DNA of 64,000 nt from a virus (taxonomy: Duplodnaviria; Caudoviricetes), in the IMG/VR virus record IMGVR_UViG_2639763197_000004, positions 27,530 to 91,529 of that record. One strand, 5' to 3'. The stretch's first letter is position 1; each line of letters begins with the position of its first letter. The notes beneath the pieces are model-generated. The model did no database searches. It had not been told where the DNA came from and was given only the letters and a program-made list of their open reading frames with translations. The position numbers and the translations under genes were made by a program. Shown piece after piece: positions 1-8,772 of this stretch.

Positions 1-374
1 GCCGCAACCAGTTTTTGCAGTTGTCCAGGGTCGAGCCATTCAACGCGCTCAACCTTGAACATGCGCAAGGCCATACCATCGGCATACGCCCAGGAGCGTT
101 TCGCCTCGGCGAGAAAGGCCTTAATTTTACCCACCAGCTTCTCCCGGTCTGGCGCAGGTTTCGGCGTTTTGCGGCCATGCTTTTTAGCCGGTGCTGACGC
201 CCAGCCCAACCGGGCGAACTCGGCTAGTACTGCGCCGGTCTGGCGTGGAGTCAGGTCTTTGGCCGAACGCACACCAGCCACACGGACCAGTAAGGCGCGG
301 TAGGTTTCGTCATCTAGCCCCAGATCTTTTTTGGCGATATGGATTTTGCTCAGTTGCATGTTTCGCGTGCTCAT
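1..374 (-). CDS. Mu GemA/gp16-like (DUF1018) protein, truncated by window edge
   Basis: Manual translation from ATG 374: MSTRNMQLSKIHIAKKDLGLDDETYRALLVRVAGVRSAKDL...WAYADGMALRMFKVERVEWL. Absent from ORF track because it runs off the window. Confidence 0.85.
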   Translation of the reverse strand, partial: MSTRNMQLSKIHIAKKDLGLDDETYRALLVRVAGVRSAKDLTPRQTGAVLAEFARLGWASAPAKKHGRKTPKPAPDREKLVGKIKAFLAEAKRSWAYADGMALRMFKVERVEWLDPGQLQKLVA

Positions 375-649
375 TGTCTTCCTCCTTTGATCAGGGCCTG
401 GAACGCGGCCGGGTCGTTTCGGGACAGTGCGGCGACACCATGAATAGCCATGGTGAGCGCATGTTCTGTTTCATCGAACGCCCCGGCGCTGCGGATCTGT
501 TCCACTTCGCTCCTGGTGCCGCTATAGATTTCCATCTTGAGTTTGCTAGCGCCCATAGCCAGGCGCTTATCCTTGTCGCGCTTGCGCTGGGCGCGTTTAC
601 GCTCGCGAGCCAGGCGGGTTTTGCGCTGTGTGGGTGATTCGTCTGTCAT
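371..649 (-). CDS. Hypothetical basic phage protein
   Basis: ORF 371..676; likely start MTDESP at 649; ATGA overlap with gemA. Confidence 0.7.
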   Translation of the reverse strand: MTDESPTQRKTRLARERKRAQRKRDKDKRLAMGASKLKMEIYSGTRSEVEQIRSAGAFDETEHALTMAIHGVAALSRNDPAAFQALIKGGRQ

Positions 650-651
650 GG

Positions 652-718
652 GTGGCTGCTCATCAGTACCGGACAACCACGTCCGGCAGACCGCCCCAGC
701 AAGTCGGGACGGTTTCGC
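652..718 (-). ncRNA. Type II hammerhead ribozyme (copy B)
   Basis: Minus strand GC-GAAA-CCGTCCCG(ACTTGC)TGGGGCGG-TC^TGCCGGAC(GTGGTT)GTCCGGTA-CTGATGA-GC-AGCCAC; intact core; predicted cut between 689 and 688. Confidence 0.88.
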
Positions 719-1390
719 TTAGTGCAGGGCAAGCTGTTCCTGACCGTTAACCCCATGGTTTAAGCGCACATCACCCGCTGCAAGAATGCCGTGCAGGGCG
801 TCGGTCATCGCACGCACGCCATTGCCCTTGCTGGCGTTGCGGTCGCGACAGCCGAGCTTTTCCGTTTCTGCGTGATGCTTGAGCATGTACGCCGAAGTCG
901 CCGGGGATGGTTCATCGTTACCGGCAAAAGCCATGACCTGCTTTCGTACCGCCGATACCCAGGCCGCACAGAACACGTCGGCGCGCTTCGTCTTGGTCGC
1001 GGTCTTGCAACGCTTCAACTGAGTGTTGATAAAGTCGCGTCGAGACTGCCGAACCTGGCGCAGCAATAGCGTCATGGTGTAGCTGGCCAACTCCGCCAGT
1101 TCGCCGATAAAACGCCACTCACCGATACCAGCCATGAACAGGACTTTGCAGGCGTAGGCTTGAGTAACGGCTCCAACCAGGTTGGCTTCCCATTGCGGCG
1201 GGGTCATCTTTGAACCACTACGGGCGGCACATTCGTAGACTTCGGATAGCTGGATATCCGATTCTTCTAAGCGATACTTTTCCATCAAGGCACGGGCCTG
1301 GCGCATGGCAGCGGCGGCTTCGTGCGGGTTGTCGCTTGCTGCCAGGCGCAGCAGTTTTTTGATCTTGTCTAAGGCTTTGCTGTGATCCAT
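719..1390 (-). CDS. DUF2786-domain phage protein
   Basis: N-terminus LDKIKKLLRLAASDNPHEAAAAMRQARALMEKY typical of DUF2786; SD GAGGA. Confidence 0.85.
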   Translation of the reverse strand: MDHSKALDKIKKLLRLAASDNPHEAAAAMRQARALMEKYRLEESDIQLSEVYECAARSGSKMTPPQWEANLVGAVTQAYACKVLFMAGIGEWRFIGELAELASYTMTLLLRQVRQSRRDFINTQLKRCKTATKTKRADVFCAAWVSAVRKQVMAFAGNDEPSPATSAYMLKHHAETEKLGCRDRNASKGNGVRAMTDALHGILAAGDVRLNHGVNGQEQLALH

Positions 1391-1398
1391 GTCTTCCT

Positions 1399-1465
1399 CG
1401 GCTGCTCATCAGTACCAGGCAACCACGCCTGGCAGACCGCCCCCAGCAAGCCGGGACGGTTTCGC
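1399..1465 (-). ncRNA. Type II hammerhead ribozyme (copy A)
   Basis: Minus strand GC-GAAA-CCGTCCCGG(CTTG)CTGGGGGCGG-TC^TGCCAGGC(GTGGTT)GCCTGGTA-CTGATGA-GC-AGCCG; predicted cut between 1435 and 1434. Confidence 0.88.
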
Positions 1466-1687
1466 TTATTGAAGGGTCGTGGTGCTCGGTTGCCAGCGGC
1501 AGGCAGGAATGGCACCCAACATCTTTTCGCTGGCGACCAGGTCGAATAGCTTGTTGGAAAGTCGCACGGCTTCCGTCTGCCGGGGTGCGCCCAGGGGGCT
1601 GGTCGGTACGCCTGTCATATCGACGGTGACGGAGGGCTTGCCGTTGCCTTCGGTGCGGTCCTCCAGGGTGATTGTGATCTTTGCCAT
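1466..1687 (-). CDS. Hypothetical phage protein
   Basis: 73 aa ORF in tightly packed operon with SD AGGA. Confidence 0.75.
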   Translation of the reverse strand: MAKITITLEDRTEGNGKPSVTVDMTGVPTSPLGAPRQTEAVRLSNKLFDLVASEKMLGAIPACRWQPSTTTLQ

Positions 1688-1695
1688 GGGGCTTC

Positions 1696-2103
1696 CTATC
1701 GTTGAGTGTGGAAATTGATGTGGTAGTCGCGAGCCACCTGGCGCACGTACTTTTCGGTCATGTGGTGCTTACGTGCGATCCACTTGGGTGAGTTGCCCAG
1801 TGCTGCATCTGCCATGATCAACGTGGCGTGCTTGCGGGTATCCGGCACGACTTCCTCAAGCTCGGCAGATACAGAGGGCGAAGTTGCGGCCACAGAGACA
1901 AACAAGTGGGCATAGACCGGTGTCCGCTCTGGGTTAATAGTGAAGGTCGCAGGGGCGCTGCTCATCTGGTGGCCTACCTTCTGAATTTTTCCGCCGCGTC
2001 CCAAAAATTGCTCAGTCAGGCGGTCGAGGTTGGCGCGTTCAACATCGTGTTGCGGCGAGTGAATGGGCAGAGGATCGCTGCGGGTGTCGTGATAGCGCTG
2101 CAT
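1696..2103 (-). CDS. Hypothetical phage protein, C-terminal HTH-like segment
   Basis: 135 aa ORF; SPKWIARKHHMTEKYVRQV. Confidence 0.7.
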   Translation of the reverse strand: MQRYHDTRSDPLPIHSPQHDVERANLDRLTEQFLGRGGKIQKVGHQMSSAPATFTINPERTPVYAHLFVSVAATSPSVSAELEEVVPDTRKHATLIMADAALGNSPKWIARKHHMTEKYVRQVARDYHINFHTQR

Positions 2104-2105
2104 GG

Positions 2106-2384
2106 TCAGGCCCCCGATGCTCTGAAACCTGATTGGTTGCGTTTACCCAGCCACTGGATAAAGCGCGCCACGGCGGTCATACCTTCACGCGGGTTTTGTG
2201 CCTCAGGAACACCGGGAACAAAGAGCGTTTCGTTGTCCAGTCGAGATAATCGAGCGCACGCGGTGAGGATGTCGCGGACCATTTTTTCTTCGCCGGTGGC
2301 TAGCGCAATGGCACCCTCTGGGAGGGTGACGCCGAAGTCGATATGGCCGGATGAAAAACAATAGGCGGTGATGGTTTTTTTCAT
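2106..2384 (-). CDS. Mu-like early protein (family often annotated host-nuclease inhibitor)
   Basis: Start MKKTITAYCFSSGHIDFG...LFVPGVPEA. Confidence 0.6.
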   Translation of the reverse strand: MKKTITAYCFSSGHIDFGVTLPEGAIALATGEEKMVRDILTACARLSRLDNETLFVPGVPEAQNPREGMTAVARFIQWLGKRNQSGFRASGA

Positions 2385-2385
2385 T

Positions 2386-3006
2386 TCAAACTCCCGCGAT
2401 ATCGAGGCTGATAGCTTCGTACTGGTCAGTATCACCAACACGCTGATACACACGGATGTAGGACTTGGAGCCAACCACCTGACAGGCGTCACCAATGGCC
2501 TGCATGGCGCTCTGCCAGCGTTCATCTGTGATTTCCATACGGCGCAACGCCAACACACGGGCCGTGCGAATGTCGCCTTTCTGGTCAGTCCGAAAGGCGT
2601 CATTCACCAGCGTGACAATTTCGGGGCGTGCCCCGGTGGTCCAGTCGCGTAGGCATTCATCAATCAATGCCCGCGCTGCCTGGAGGCGTTCGTCGAAGGC
2701 GATGCTTTCCTGGACGGCGCGCATGATCTTGTAGCGACCATCAAAACTAATCAGGCTGACATTGCCCTTCTTGCCGCCGATCTGAGCCCCGTACTGCTCG
2801 GCGCTCAACTCGACGAAGGCTTCGATATCGCCAAATGCCGCCGCTTTGAACTGCGACAGTACGGCGCTGGCTGCTCGGGCTTTTTCAACCAGTGCGAGAA
2901 CCAGGGCGTCACGTTCCAGGTCGATAGGCTTGATCAGAATTTCGGGAATCAGCCGCTTTTGAGCGTCAACGCGGTAGCCTTCGGGAATGGTTTGTTGTTG
3001 TGTCAT
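2386..3006 (-). CDS. DUF3164 family Mu-like phage protein
   Basis: GGKKGNVSLISFDG...FDERLQAARALIDECL...SKSYIRVY motifs. Confidence 0.85.
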   Translation of the reverse strand: MTQQQTIPEGYRVDAQKRLIPEILIKPIDLERDALVLALVEKARAASAVLSQFKAAAFGDIEAFVELSAEQYGAQIGGKKGNVSLISFDGRYKIMRAVQESIAFDERLQAARALIDECLRDWTTGARPEIVTLVNDAFRTDQKGDIRTARVLALRRMEITDERWQSAMQAIGDACQVVGSKSYIRVYQRVGDTDQYEAISLDIAGV

Positions 3007-3017
3007 TGCAAGGTTCC

Positions 3018-3341
3018 TCAGTGGAGAGTCGGGCGCGACCAGTCAGCAGGACGGGCGGCGCTAATGGGTTCGCGCCATTCCAGGGTCACGCCCTGAAACT
3101 GCACGTTGTAACGAGTGCTGCCGGCCGTGCCGTGGCGTTGGTAGCCGTCGGTATGGCCGAGGTTGATCAGGCGCTGACCTGATTCGGGAGTGATCACCAG
3201 GAGATTGTTTGCAGGGTGAAACGCCTGCACGCGGATGCCATGCGCCTGCAAATTGCGGGCGGCGGCGTTAAACACCCGCAGACGGTCTGCCAGGGTCGGG
3301 GTCAGGACTTTCAATGGCGTGCGGTTAGTGGAGGCGAGCAT
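3018..3341 (-). CDS. Hypothetical Mu-like phage protein
   Basis: Likely start MLASTNR with SD AGGAG. Confidence 0.65.
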   Translation of the reverse strand: MLASTNRTPLKVLTPTLADRLRVFNAAARNLQAHGIRVQAFHPANNLLVITPESGQRLINLGHTDGYQRHGTAGSTRYNVQFQGVTLEWREPISAARPADWSRPTLH

Positions 3342-3702
3342 GGGCGTTCTCCTGGTTGCAGCAGTCGGGGTTGATTGGGCAGTGTTGGCAGGCGCGCCAG
3401 TGCTGCATCGCCTGCGGGTTGTGAGTCGGTGCCGGTTTTTCGCGGTAGCTTTGGCACTGGTCAGAGGTGATGGTCTCGTCCAGAGCGACGCATTCAATAC
3501 GGCCCAGGGTTTCCATCACACGCCGCTCCACGCCCGCAGTGCTGGGGGATGCGTAGCGGTTGGATAGAATCAGACTGACGGCCGTGCGGCTCATACCAAT
3601 GCGCTGGCTGGCCTTGGTTTTGTTGGTGGCTGCGACCTCGGCGGCAAGCAGGCGCACGAACAGCGGCGCTTCGCTACCCCAAGCGGACAGGTTGACGTTC
3701 AT
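3325..3702 (-). CDS. HTH protein with C-terminal Cys motifs
   Basis: ASQRIGMSRTAVSLIL HTH; WRACQHCP. Confidence 0.75.
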   Translation of the reverse strand: MNVNLSAWGSEAPLFVRLLAAEVAATNKTKASQRIGMSRTAVSLILSNRYASPSTAGVERRVMETLGRIECVALDETITSDQCQSYREKPAPTHNPQAMQHWRACQHCPINPDCCNQENAHARLH

Positions 3703-4313
3703 AGGTCAGCCTCCGCAGGTGCAGGCTGACGGAACACGACCTTGCCCAGGTTCGGGTCAAACACCTGCCCGATTTTCTGAATCATCGGCGGACGGGGTCC
3801 GGTGTATTTGCCAGGGGCCAAGCGATAGCGAGCCTTTTGTTTCTGGCTGCCGGGCTGAACCTCAATCACATAGCCCGCACGCTTGAGCCAAACCAGATAA
3901 GAGCCAGCGGTTGAGACAGTTGTCGGCGTTACGGTTGAGGCCTGGGCCGCTAACTCGTTGGCGTCCAGTTCCCCAAGAATGCGCAGCGTGCGCCACATTG
4001 CTTCGGTGCCTTTGCCCGAATTGCTTGGTTTGCCTTCCTTGGTGAGGGAAGGGGCTTCAGCACCTACGTCCTTGATCAACCGCAGTGTTTGCGCTTTAAA
4101 CAGCTCACCGGAAACTACCTCGACAAAGTCACCACGTATCAGCGACTGCACGTAGGTATTGACGACAGTTCGGTCTGTTTTGGAACGCTGGGTAATTTCG
4201 GCAATTTTGAAGCCGTCACGGCCTGCACGGATGGCTTCCCAGATGCGCTGGCGATTGCTTTTGCTGCCGCGCATTTCCAGATCAATGGATTTACGACCAC
4301 GACCGCCAGCCAT
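3699..4313 (-). CDS. Mu-like DNA-binding (winged HTH) protein
   Basis: Start MAGGRGRK overlapping the B stop; RQRIWEAIR...TGPRPP...VFDPN. Confidence 0.75.
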   Translation of the reverse strand: MAGGRGRKSIDLEMRGSKSNRQRIWEAIRAGRDGFKIAEITQRSKTDRTVVNTYVQSLIRGDFVEVVSGELFKAQTLRLIKDVGAEAPSLTKEGKPSNSGKGTEAMWRTLRILGELDANELAAQASTVTPTTVSTAGSYLVWLKRAGYVIEVQPGSQKQKARYRLAPGKYTGPRPPMIQKIGQVFDPNLGKVVFRQPAPAEADL

Positions 4314-5035
4314 CACGCGCCCCTCCGTACAGGAGCCTCGCCGGTAAACCAGCCCCGTGAGCCCCAGCCAGCGAGGTCGATGCTGTCGATGCACATGGCT
4401 TGGGTTTCGCTATAAACCTTGTAGAGATTGACAGCGACACGACGCAGGCAGCCGCGCACCTTGACGCGCAGATCTTCCAGCAGGTCATCGGCAAAACTCA
4501 GTTTCGGATAGCTGGCCTGGGCCAGGGCGCGCAGATCGTCGAGGGTCGCGGGTTGAGCGGGCACCCACTCCAACACCCGGTTATGCAGGCGCTCCAGTTT
4601 GGCCAGGCTACCCGGCACACGTTCTTCCCCGATCAGCACAATGGTGCCCTGACTGGCGTTATAGATGTCGGTCAACACGTTGGCGACGGCCTTTTCCAGC
4701 AGGTATTGCACGTCGTCTATTAGCAGGGGGCGACCACTGCGGGACAGTTGCTCGGCAACCTGATCAACCATCACCGACAGAGTCAGACCAGGTGCGATAC
4801 CCATCTCGCGCAGGATGGCTTGCAGAAAGGCTTTTTTGCTCCAGGTGTCGCGACACTCGACGTAATAGGCACGGTGCTGGTTGGCTGCGAAGGCCGCACC
4901 AACGCTTTTACCCAGCCCACTCGCGCCATACATCACCACTAGCCCAGGCAACCCCGCAGGGCGTGCATGGGCACGGGCAATGGCGGCAGACAACAGGCCG
5001 ACATTTGTCAGGGGAACAATCTTGGTAACACTCAT
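4313..5035 (-). CDS. MuB-like AAA+ transposition ATPase
   Basis: Walker A GASGLGKS, Walker B LLIDD; directly downstream of the transposase. Confidence 0.92.
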   Translation of the reverse strand: MSVTKIVPLTNVGLLSAAIARAHARPAGLPGLVVMYGASGLGKSVGAAFAANQHRAYYVECRDTWSKKAFLQAILREMGIAPGLTLSVMVDQVAEQLSRSGRPLLIDDVQYLLEKAVANVLTDIYNASQGTIVLIGEERVPGSLAKLERLHNRVLEWVPAQPATLDDLRALAQASYPKLSFADDLLEDLRVKVRGCLRRVAVNLYKVYSETQAMCIDSIDLAGWGSRGWFTGEAPVRRGA

Positions 5036-5059
5036 AATTCGACTCCTAAAGGTCTTGGG

Positions 5060-7120
5060 TTAAGCGCGGGCCTGGTCGGCGAACGCGAACATTTGCTGAA
5101 TGGATTTGAAGTCCGGGTGTTGCGGGTAGCGGGCATGCCACTGCATTTCCTCGGCCGTCGGCGATTCGCCGCTAGTGATGCGGCCATCGATCAGGAGCCA
5201 GAGGCGGTATCGGGCGGTTGGGTCGGCTGGCAATTCAAAGGCCGAGGCCTGCGGTGCAGCCAATTGAGCGAAGCGCTGGGCCTCGGCGAGTTGGTCAGGC
5301 GACAGGTCGTACTGGCTCGACTGCGAAGCAATGACGCGCATTTCCACGTCTTGCCCGGTAATGGTTTTGGCTTTTTTGACCAAGCGGGACAACTGGCCGC
5401 GCTCGCGCTTCTCGCTGGCTTTTTCCAGCATTGTTTTCGGCATGGCAGGGCTAGCGTTGCCGTCGAGCAGCGCCTCGCCGATCAGATCGCCCTCCAGGGA
5501 GTGGACCCAAACACGGCTGGCGTCACGGAAGTCATAGGCCACGCGGACCTGTTCCCCGTGGAAACCGTCCAGGTCTTTAAGGAAGTAGGTGCCGCTGTTC
5601 CATTGCACCTGGCAACGGTGAACGGTGCGCTCGACCTGTGGCCGGGTCAGGCTCTCGACGATGTTGCTGTCAGCCAACAATGGTTCCCAGCCCTCGGCCT
5701 CTGCCGACTTCCAAGACTCCATTGGGCTTTGGTGGCGCTTGCGCATGGTCGCAAGGTCGCGGAATTTCGGCAGACCGCGATGTGGGCGGCGGTTGTAGTC
5801 ATCGAGTGCTTCTTGCAGGGCCGCGAAGAACACCGAAAATTCAGGCACAACTGTCGGCGCGATACCCAGGGCGAGCTGTTTACGGGACAGCTTGTGGGTC
5901 TTGGTAGCGGCCTCTTTATCCATGTCGGCGCCGATGTAACTGTCGAACGTCTTGGCGAGCCGAACCAGAATGGTTTTATGGGGGCGCTCAATTACGCCGC
6001 GAGCCTGGGAGTTGTAGGGCAGCGAGTGCGTGATAGTGCCGCCCAGGCGGTCGTTGACCTCATAAACAACGGCGTTGTCAAAGCCGCTGCCGTTGTCCAC
6101 GTAAAACACCTTGTACATGCCGCAACGACTTACGCCGTCACGTAAGGTGTCCAATGTGGCTAGGGTTGACTCGGCCAGGTTGACGGAGAAACCGACGATA
6201 CGGCGGGTGCCCCAATCAATGACCATGGTGATTTCCGGGCGGAAAATCTGCCCCGTCAATGGATTGATCACTTCGGCGTCAAAGGTGTGGCCGTCAGCCA
6301 CCCACACGTCATTCGGCCAGAGCATGTCGGCCTGACGGCGGTTATAGGCTTTTAAGGCGTTCAGTTCGTGCGGACCCATGCGCCCATGCTCACGCACCGA
6401 CGGGCTGAGTTTTTTCAGCCAGCGGCGTACCGCGTGAATGCTGGGGCAAACACTGGAATTGATGTTCTGGTGCAATTGCTTGAACTGTTCATAAGCGGCT
6501 TCAACGCTTGGTTTCTGCGGGCGTTGGTAGTGCTTGAGGAATGCTTGCGCCCAGGACGGGACGCTCATGTCTTTTTGACGACGGGCCGGAGCCAGGCCTA
6601 TTTCGCCGTGGGCGCGGTAGTCCGCCAGCCAACGCTTGAGGGTGCGCTCAGACAGGGTGCGGTCTTCGGTCTTGCGGTCGTTGGCGCGGATTACTCGGTC
6701 ATTCAGATACGGACTGAGGTCGCCGGTTTTCGCCAACCCAACCAGGGTAAGAATGGCGCGGTTTTGGCTGACTACCTTGCTCATGCGTTCGATTTCACGC
6801 ACGAACGCAAGGCGCGCAGTCATTACAGAAGACTGTGAGTCGTTCAAGCGTGACGCTTTTTCTGAGTCACGCCCGGCTATTACTATGTGTGAATCAACTG
6901 CTGGCTCAGGTGTATTACTGACGACAGCCGCTGTTATGAGCGCAGCTTGGGTTTCCTTCGGCAAGACAGCAAATGCATATTCAGTGGCCTTGCTGCCAAG
7001 ACGTCGCTGACCTTCCCAGCACTCACGCAAGGCAAGCTTACGGATACCCTGCACCGTGCCTGGCATGCTGGGCAGCCCAGCCAGCTCTTGGGGCGAGTAC
7101 CAACTACGCATGGTCGTCAC
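5060..7120 (-). CDS. MuA-like DDE transposase
   Basis: N-terminal Mu HTH; VWVADGH / YVDNGSGF / SQARGVIER DDE triad; Mu transposase C-terminal region. Confidence 0.95.
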   Translation of the reverse strand: MTTMRSWYSPQELAGLPSMPGTVQGIRKLALRECWEGQRRLGSKATEYAFAVLPKETQAALITAAVVSNTPEPAVDSHIVIAGRDSEKASRLNDSQSSVMTARLAFVREIERMSKVVSQNRAILTLVGLAKTGDLSPYLNDRVIRANDRKTEDRTLSERTLKRWLADYRAHGEIGLAPARRQKDMSVPSWAQAFLKHYQRPQKPSVEAAYEQFKQLHQNINSSVCPSIHAVRRWLKKLSPSVREHGRMGPHELNALKAYNRRQADMLWPNDVWVADGHTFDAEVINPLTGQIFRPEITMVIDWGTRRIVGFSVNLAESTLATLDTLRDGVSRCGMYKVFYVDNGSGFDNAVVYEVNDRLGGTITHSLPYNSQARGVIERPHKTILVRLAKTFDSYIGADMDKEAATKTHKLSRKQLALGIAPTVVPEFSVFFAALQEALDDYNRRPHRGLPKFRDLATMRKRHQSPMESWKSAEAEGWEPLLADSNIVESLTRPQVERTVHRCQVQWNSGTYFLKDLDGFHGEQVRVAYDFRDASRVWVHSLEGDLIGEALLDGNASPAMPKTMLEKASEKRERGQLSRLVKKAKTITGQDVEMRVIASQSSQYDLSPDQLAEAQRFAQLAAPQASAFELPADPTARYRLWLLIDGRITSGESPTAEEMQWHARYPQHPDFKSIQQMFAFADQARA

Positions 7121-7544
7121 CGAGCATTTTTTTCAGGTCACGGACTTTTCGCGTTGCATCGTGCGCCACGCGCGATAGCCGTCCGATCTCCGCGTCCAAA
7201 GCCTCGCGTCCGTATGCAACACGGCCACCGCGCAGGTGTACCTGCCAATTAGTCAGGACATGGCTTGCACAAACTTCTTCCAGCAACGCTGCTCTATATA
7301 GAGGAAGGTTGTGATCTGTACGGGCAGGACTCGACCAAGCGTCTAACATGTTCTTACTTACGTCGTCGCCAGAGAGGCGGGACATGCGAGCCGCAATCTC
7401 ATAGCGGTCTAGATCAGACTCTTTGAGGACTTCGCTCACAAGCTCGCTGACCTGAGCGCCGTAGTTGCCAAGGCCTGGTATAGAAAGCACAGGCTGCGGA
7501 ACAGAGAAGATGTCTAAGGTTCTGTCGTCTTTTTGGTTACGCAT
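7104..7544 (-). CDS. Mu-like phage regulatory protein
   Basis: DRYEIAARMS...VSKNMLDAWSS; located between ner and A. Confidence 0.75.
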   Translation of the reverse strand: MRNQKDDRTLDIFSVPQPVLSIPGLGNYGAQVSELVSEVLKESDLDRYEIAARMSRLSGDDVSKNMLDAWSSPARTDHNLPLYRAALLEEVCASHVLTNWQVHLRGGRVAYGREALDAEIGRLSRVAHDATRKVRDLKKMLGDDHA

Positions 7545-7546
7545 GT

Positions 7547-7882
7547 TCAGGCACTCCTTGCCGCTTTACAGTGTCCAACCGGCTGTAGTCCGGTATCCTT
7601 GCTGTAGGAAGTGTTTACTTCTGCACGGCTAGGTCGCTGCCGGTGCGGAGTGCCATCAGCGTTCCAGCGCTCCGGCCAAATGTCCGCAGGCTCTAGGCTC
7701 AGGACGATGGCAAGTGAGCGTTCAATGCGCGGATATGGGGTGTTTTTGGCGTTACGGATTGCGCGGTCGGTTACGTCTAGCTGGCGCGCAAGCTCAGCCA
7801 TGGACGTGCCACGAACACGGAGTTGATATTTGATCCACTCCCATCTGCTGGCAGGGTCGGTGGGCATGACGATATCGCTCAT
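7547..7882 (-). CDS. ner: Ner-like transcriptional regulator
   Basis: WIKYQLRVRGTSMAELAR...YPRIER...IWPERW; divergent from the repressor. Confidence 0.85.
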   Translation of the reverse strand: MSDIVMPTDPASRWEWIKYQLRVRGTSMAELARQLDVTDRAIRNAKNTPYPRIERSLAIVLSLEPADIWPERWNADGTPHRQRPSRAEVNTSYSKDTGLQPVGHCKAARSA

Positions 7883-7947
7883 AGTTTTGAACCATCTTCA
7901 CGGGTGGTTTTTTTGGGACGTCTAACGTCCTGTTGCGGATAAACATA

Positions 7948-8019
7948 TCTCGAAAACAGGATTCGGTAAACTGTTTTCGAGAGTTTCTATTCCCTTTTTC
8001 GGTTTCCGATCCCGAAAAA
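7948..8019. promoter_or_regulatory. Operator region between ner and c
   Basis: Perfect 12-bp inverted repeat TCTCGAAAACAG-N11-CTGTTTTCGAGA (7948-7982) and TTTTTCGG...CCGAAAAA. Confidence 0.65.
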
Positions 8020-8041
8020 TAGATTTAGAGCATAGGATTCA

Positions 8042-8761
8042 ATGCCTTACGACGAAAAGAAACAAAAGAAACTCGCTGGAAAAGATGTTTCTTTTCCATA
8101 TTCGGGATTGGAAACTCGAATTGCGGCTGTTGCCGACCTTTACGAGTCTCGAAAACAGGCTGCGCTGACAGCCGATGCCGCGCTGTCTTCACTCCAGCGC
8201 TGGATCGCAGGCGAAGGTATGCCCGCGTTTGACTCCGTAGCGTTGCTGGCTACCGCCAAGGGCGTCTCTCTGGACTGGATTGCTACGGGCAAGGGGGAGA
8301 TGTTTGTGGGGGCGGCCAAAAAGGAGGCTGTGGCAGACACTGAGGGTGTCTATTCTCACGTACCGCTTTACGACGCCCGCTGTAGTGCGGGCCATGGCTC
8401 TTGGACCGACGGGACTAAGGTGCTCACGCACCTGGCTTTCACGACGTACTCACTGCGTAAGAAGGGCCTTGAGCCATCTAAGCTGTCAGCTATCCGTGTG
8501 GATGGTGATTCAATGGAAGGGCTGTTAAGCGATGGCGACACCGTCATGATTGACCATGGCCGCAATTCGCTTGAGGGTGAGGCGGTCTACGTGATTCGTC
8601 TCGATGACCACCTCTACGCAAAGCGCCTGCAACGGCAGTTTGACGGTTCGGTTAGCATCATCAGTCAGAACAAGGAATACCAGCCAATGGTCGTCCCCAA
8701 GGAACGCTTGGGAGACCTGGAAATAATCGGCCGTGTGGTATGGGCTGGTGGCTGGATCTAA
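8042..8761 (+). CDS. Mu-like prophage repressor, HTH + S24 peptidase
   Basis: HTH (SLDWIATGKG), Ala-Gly site CSAG, GDSM serine, YAKRL lysine. Confidence 0.92.
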   Translation: MPYDEKKQKKLAGKDVSFPYSGLETRIAAVADLYESRKQAALTADAALSSLQRWIAGEGMPAFDSVALLATAKGVSLDWIATGKGEMFVGAAKKEAVADTEGVYSHVPLYDARCSAGHGSWTDGTKVLTHLAFTTYSLRKKGLEPSKLSAIRVDGDSMEGLLSDGDTVMIDHGRNSLEGEAVYVIRLDDHLYAKRLQRQFDGSVSIISQNKEYQPMVVPKERLGDLEIIGRVVWAGGWI

Positions 8762-8772
8762 GTAATGCACCT

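Noticed and set aside
652-1465. Direct repeats read as att sites, IS ends or CRISPR repeats
   Set aside because: Only two copies, and their differences are compensatory in RNA stems around an intact hammerhead core
4967-6145. 392-aa plus-strand ORF (and similar long ORFs at 12585-13481, 39584-40762, 52513-54288, 54400-55368)
   Set aside because: Antisense shadows of well-supported genes in GC-rich DNA; no motifs
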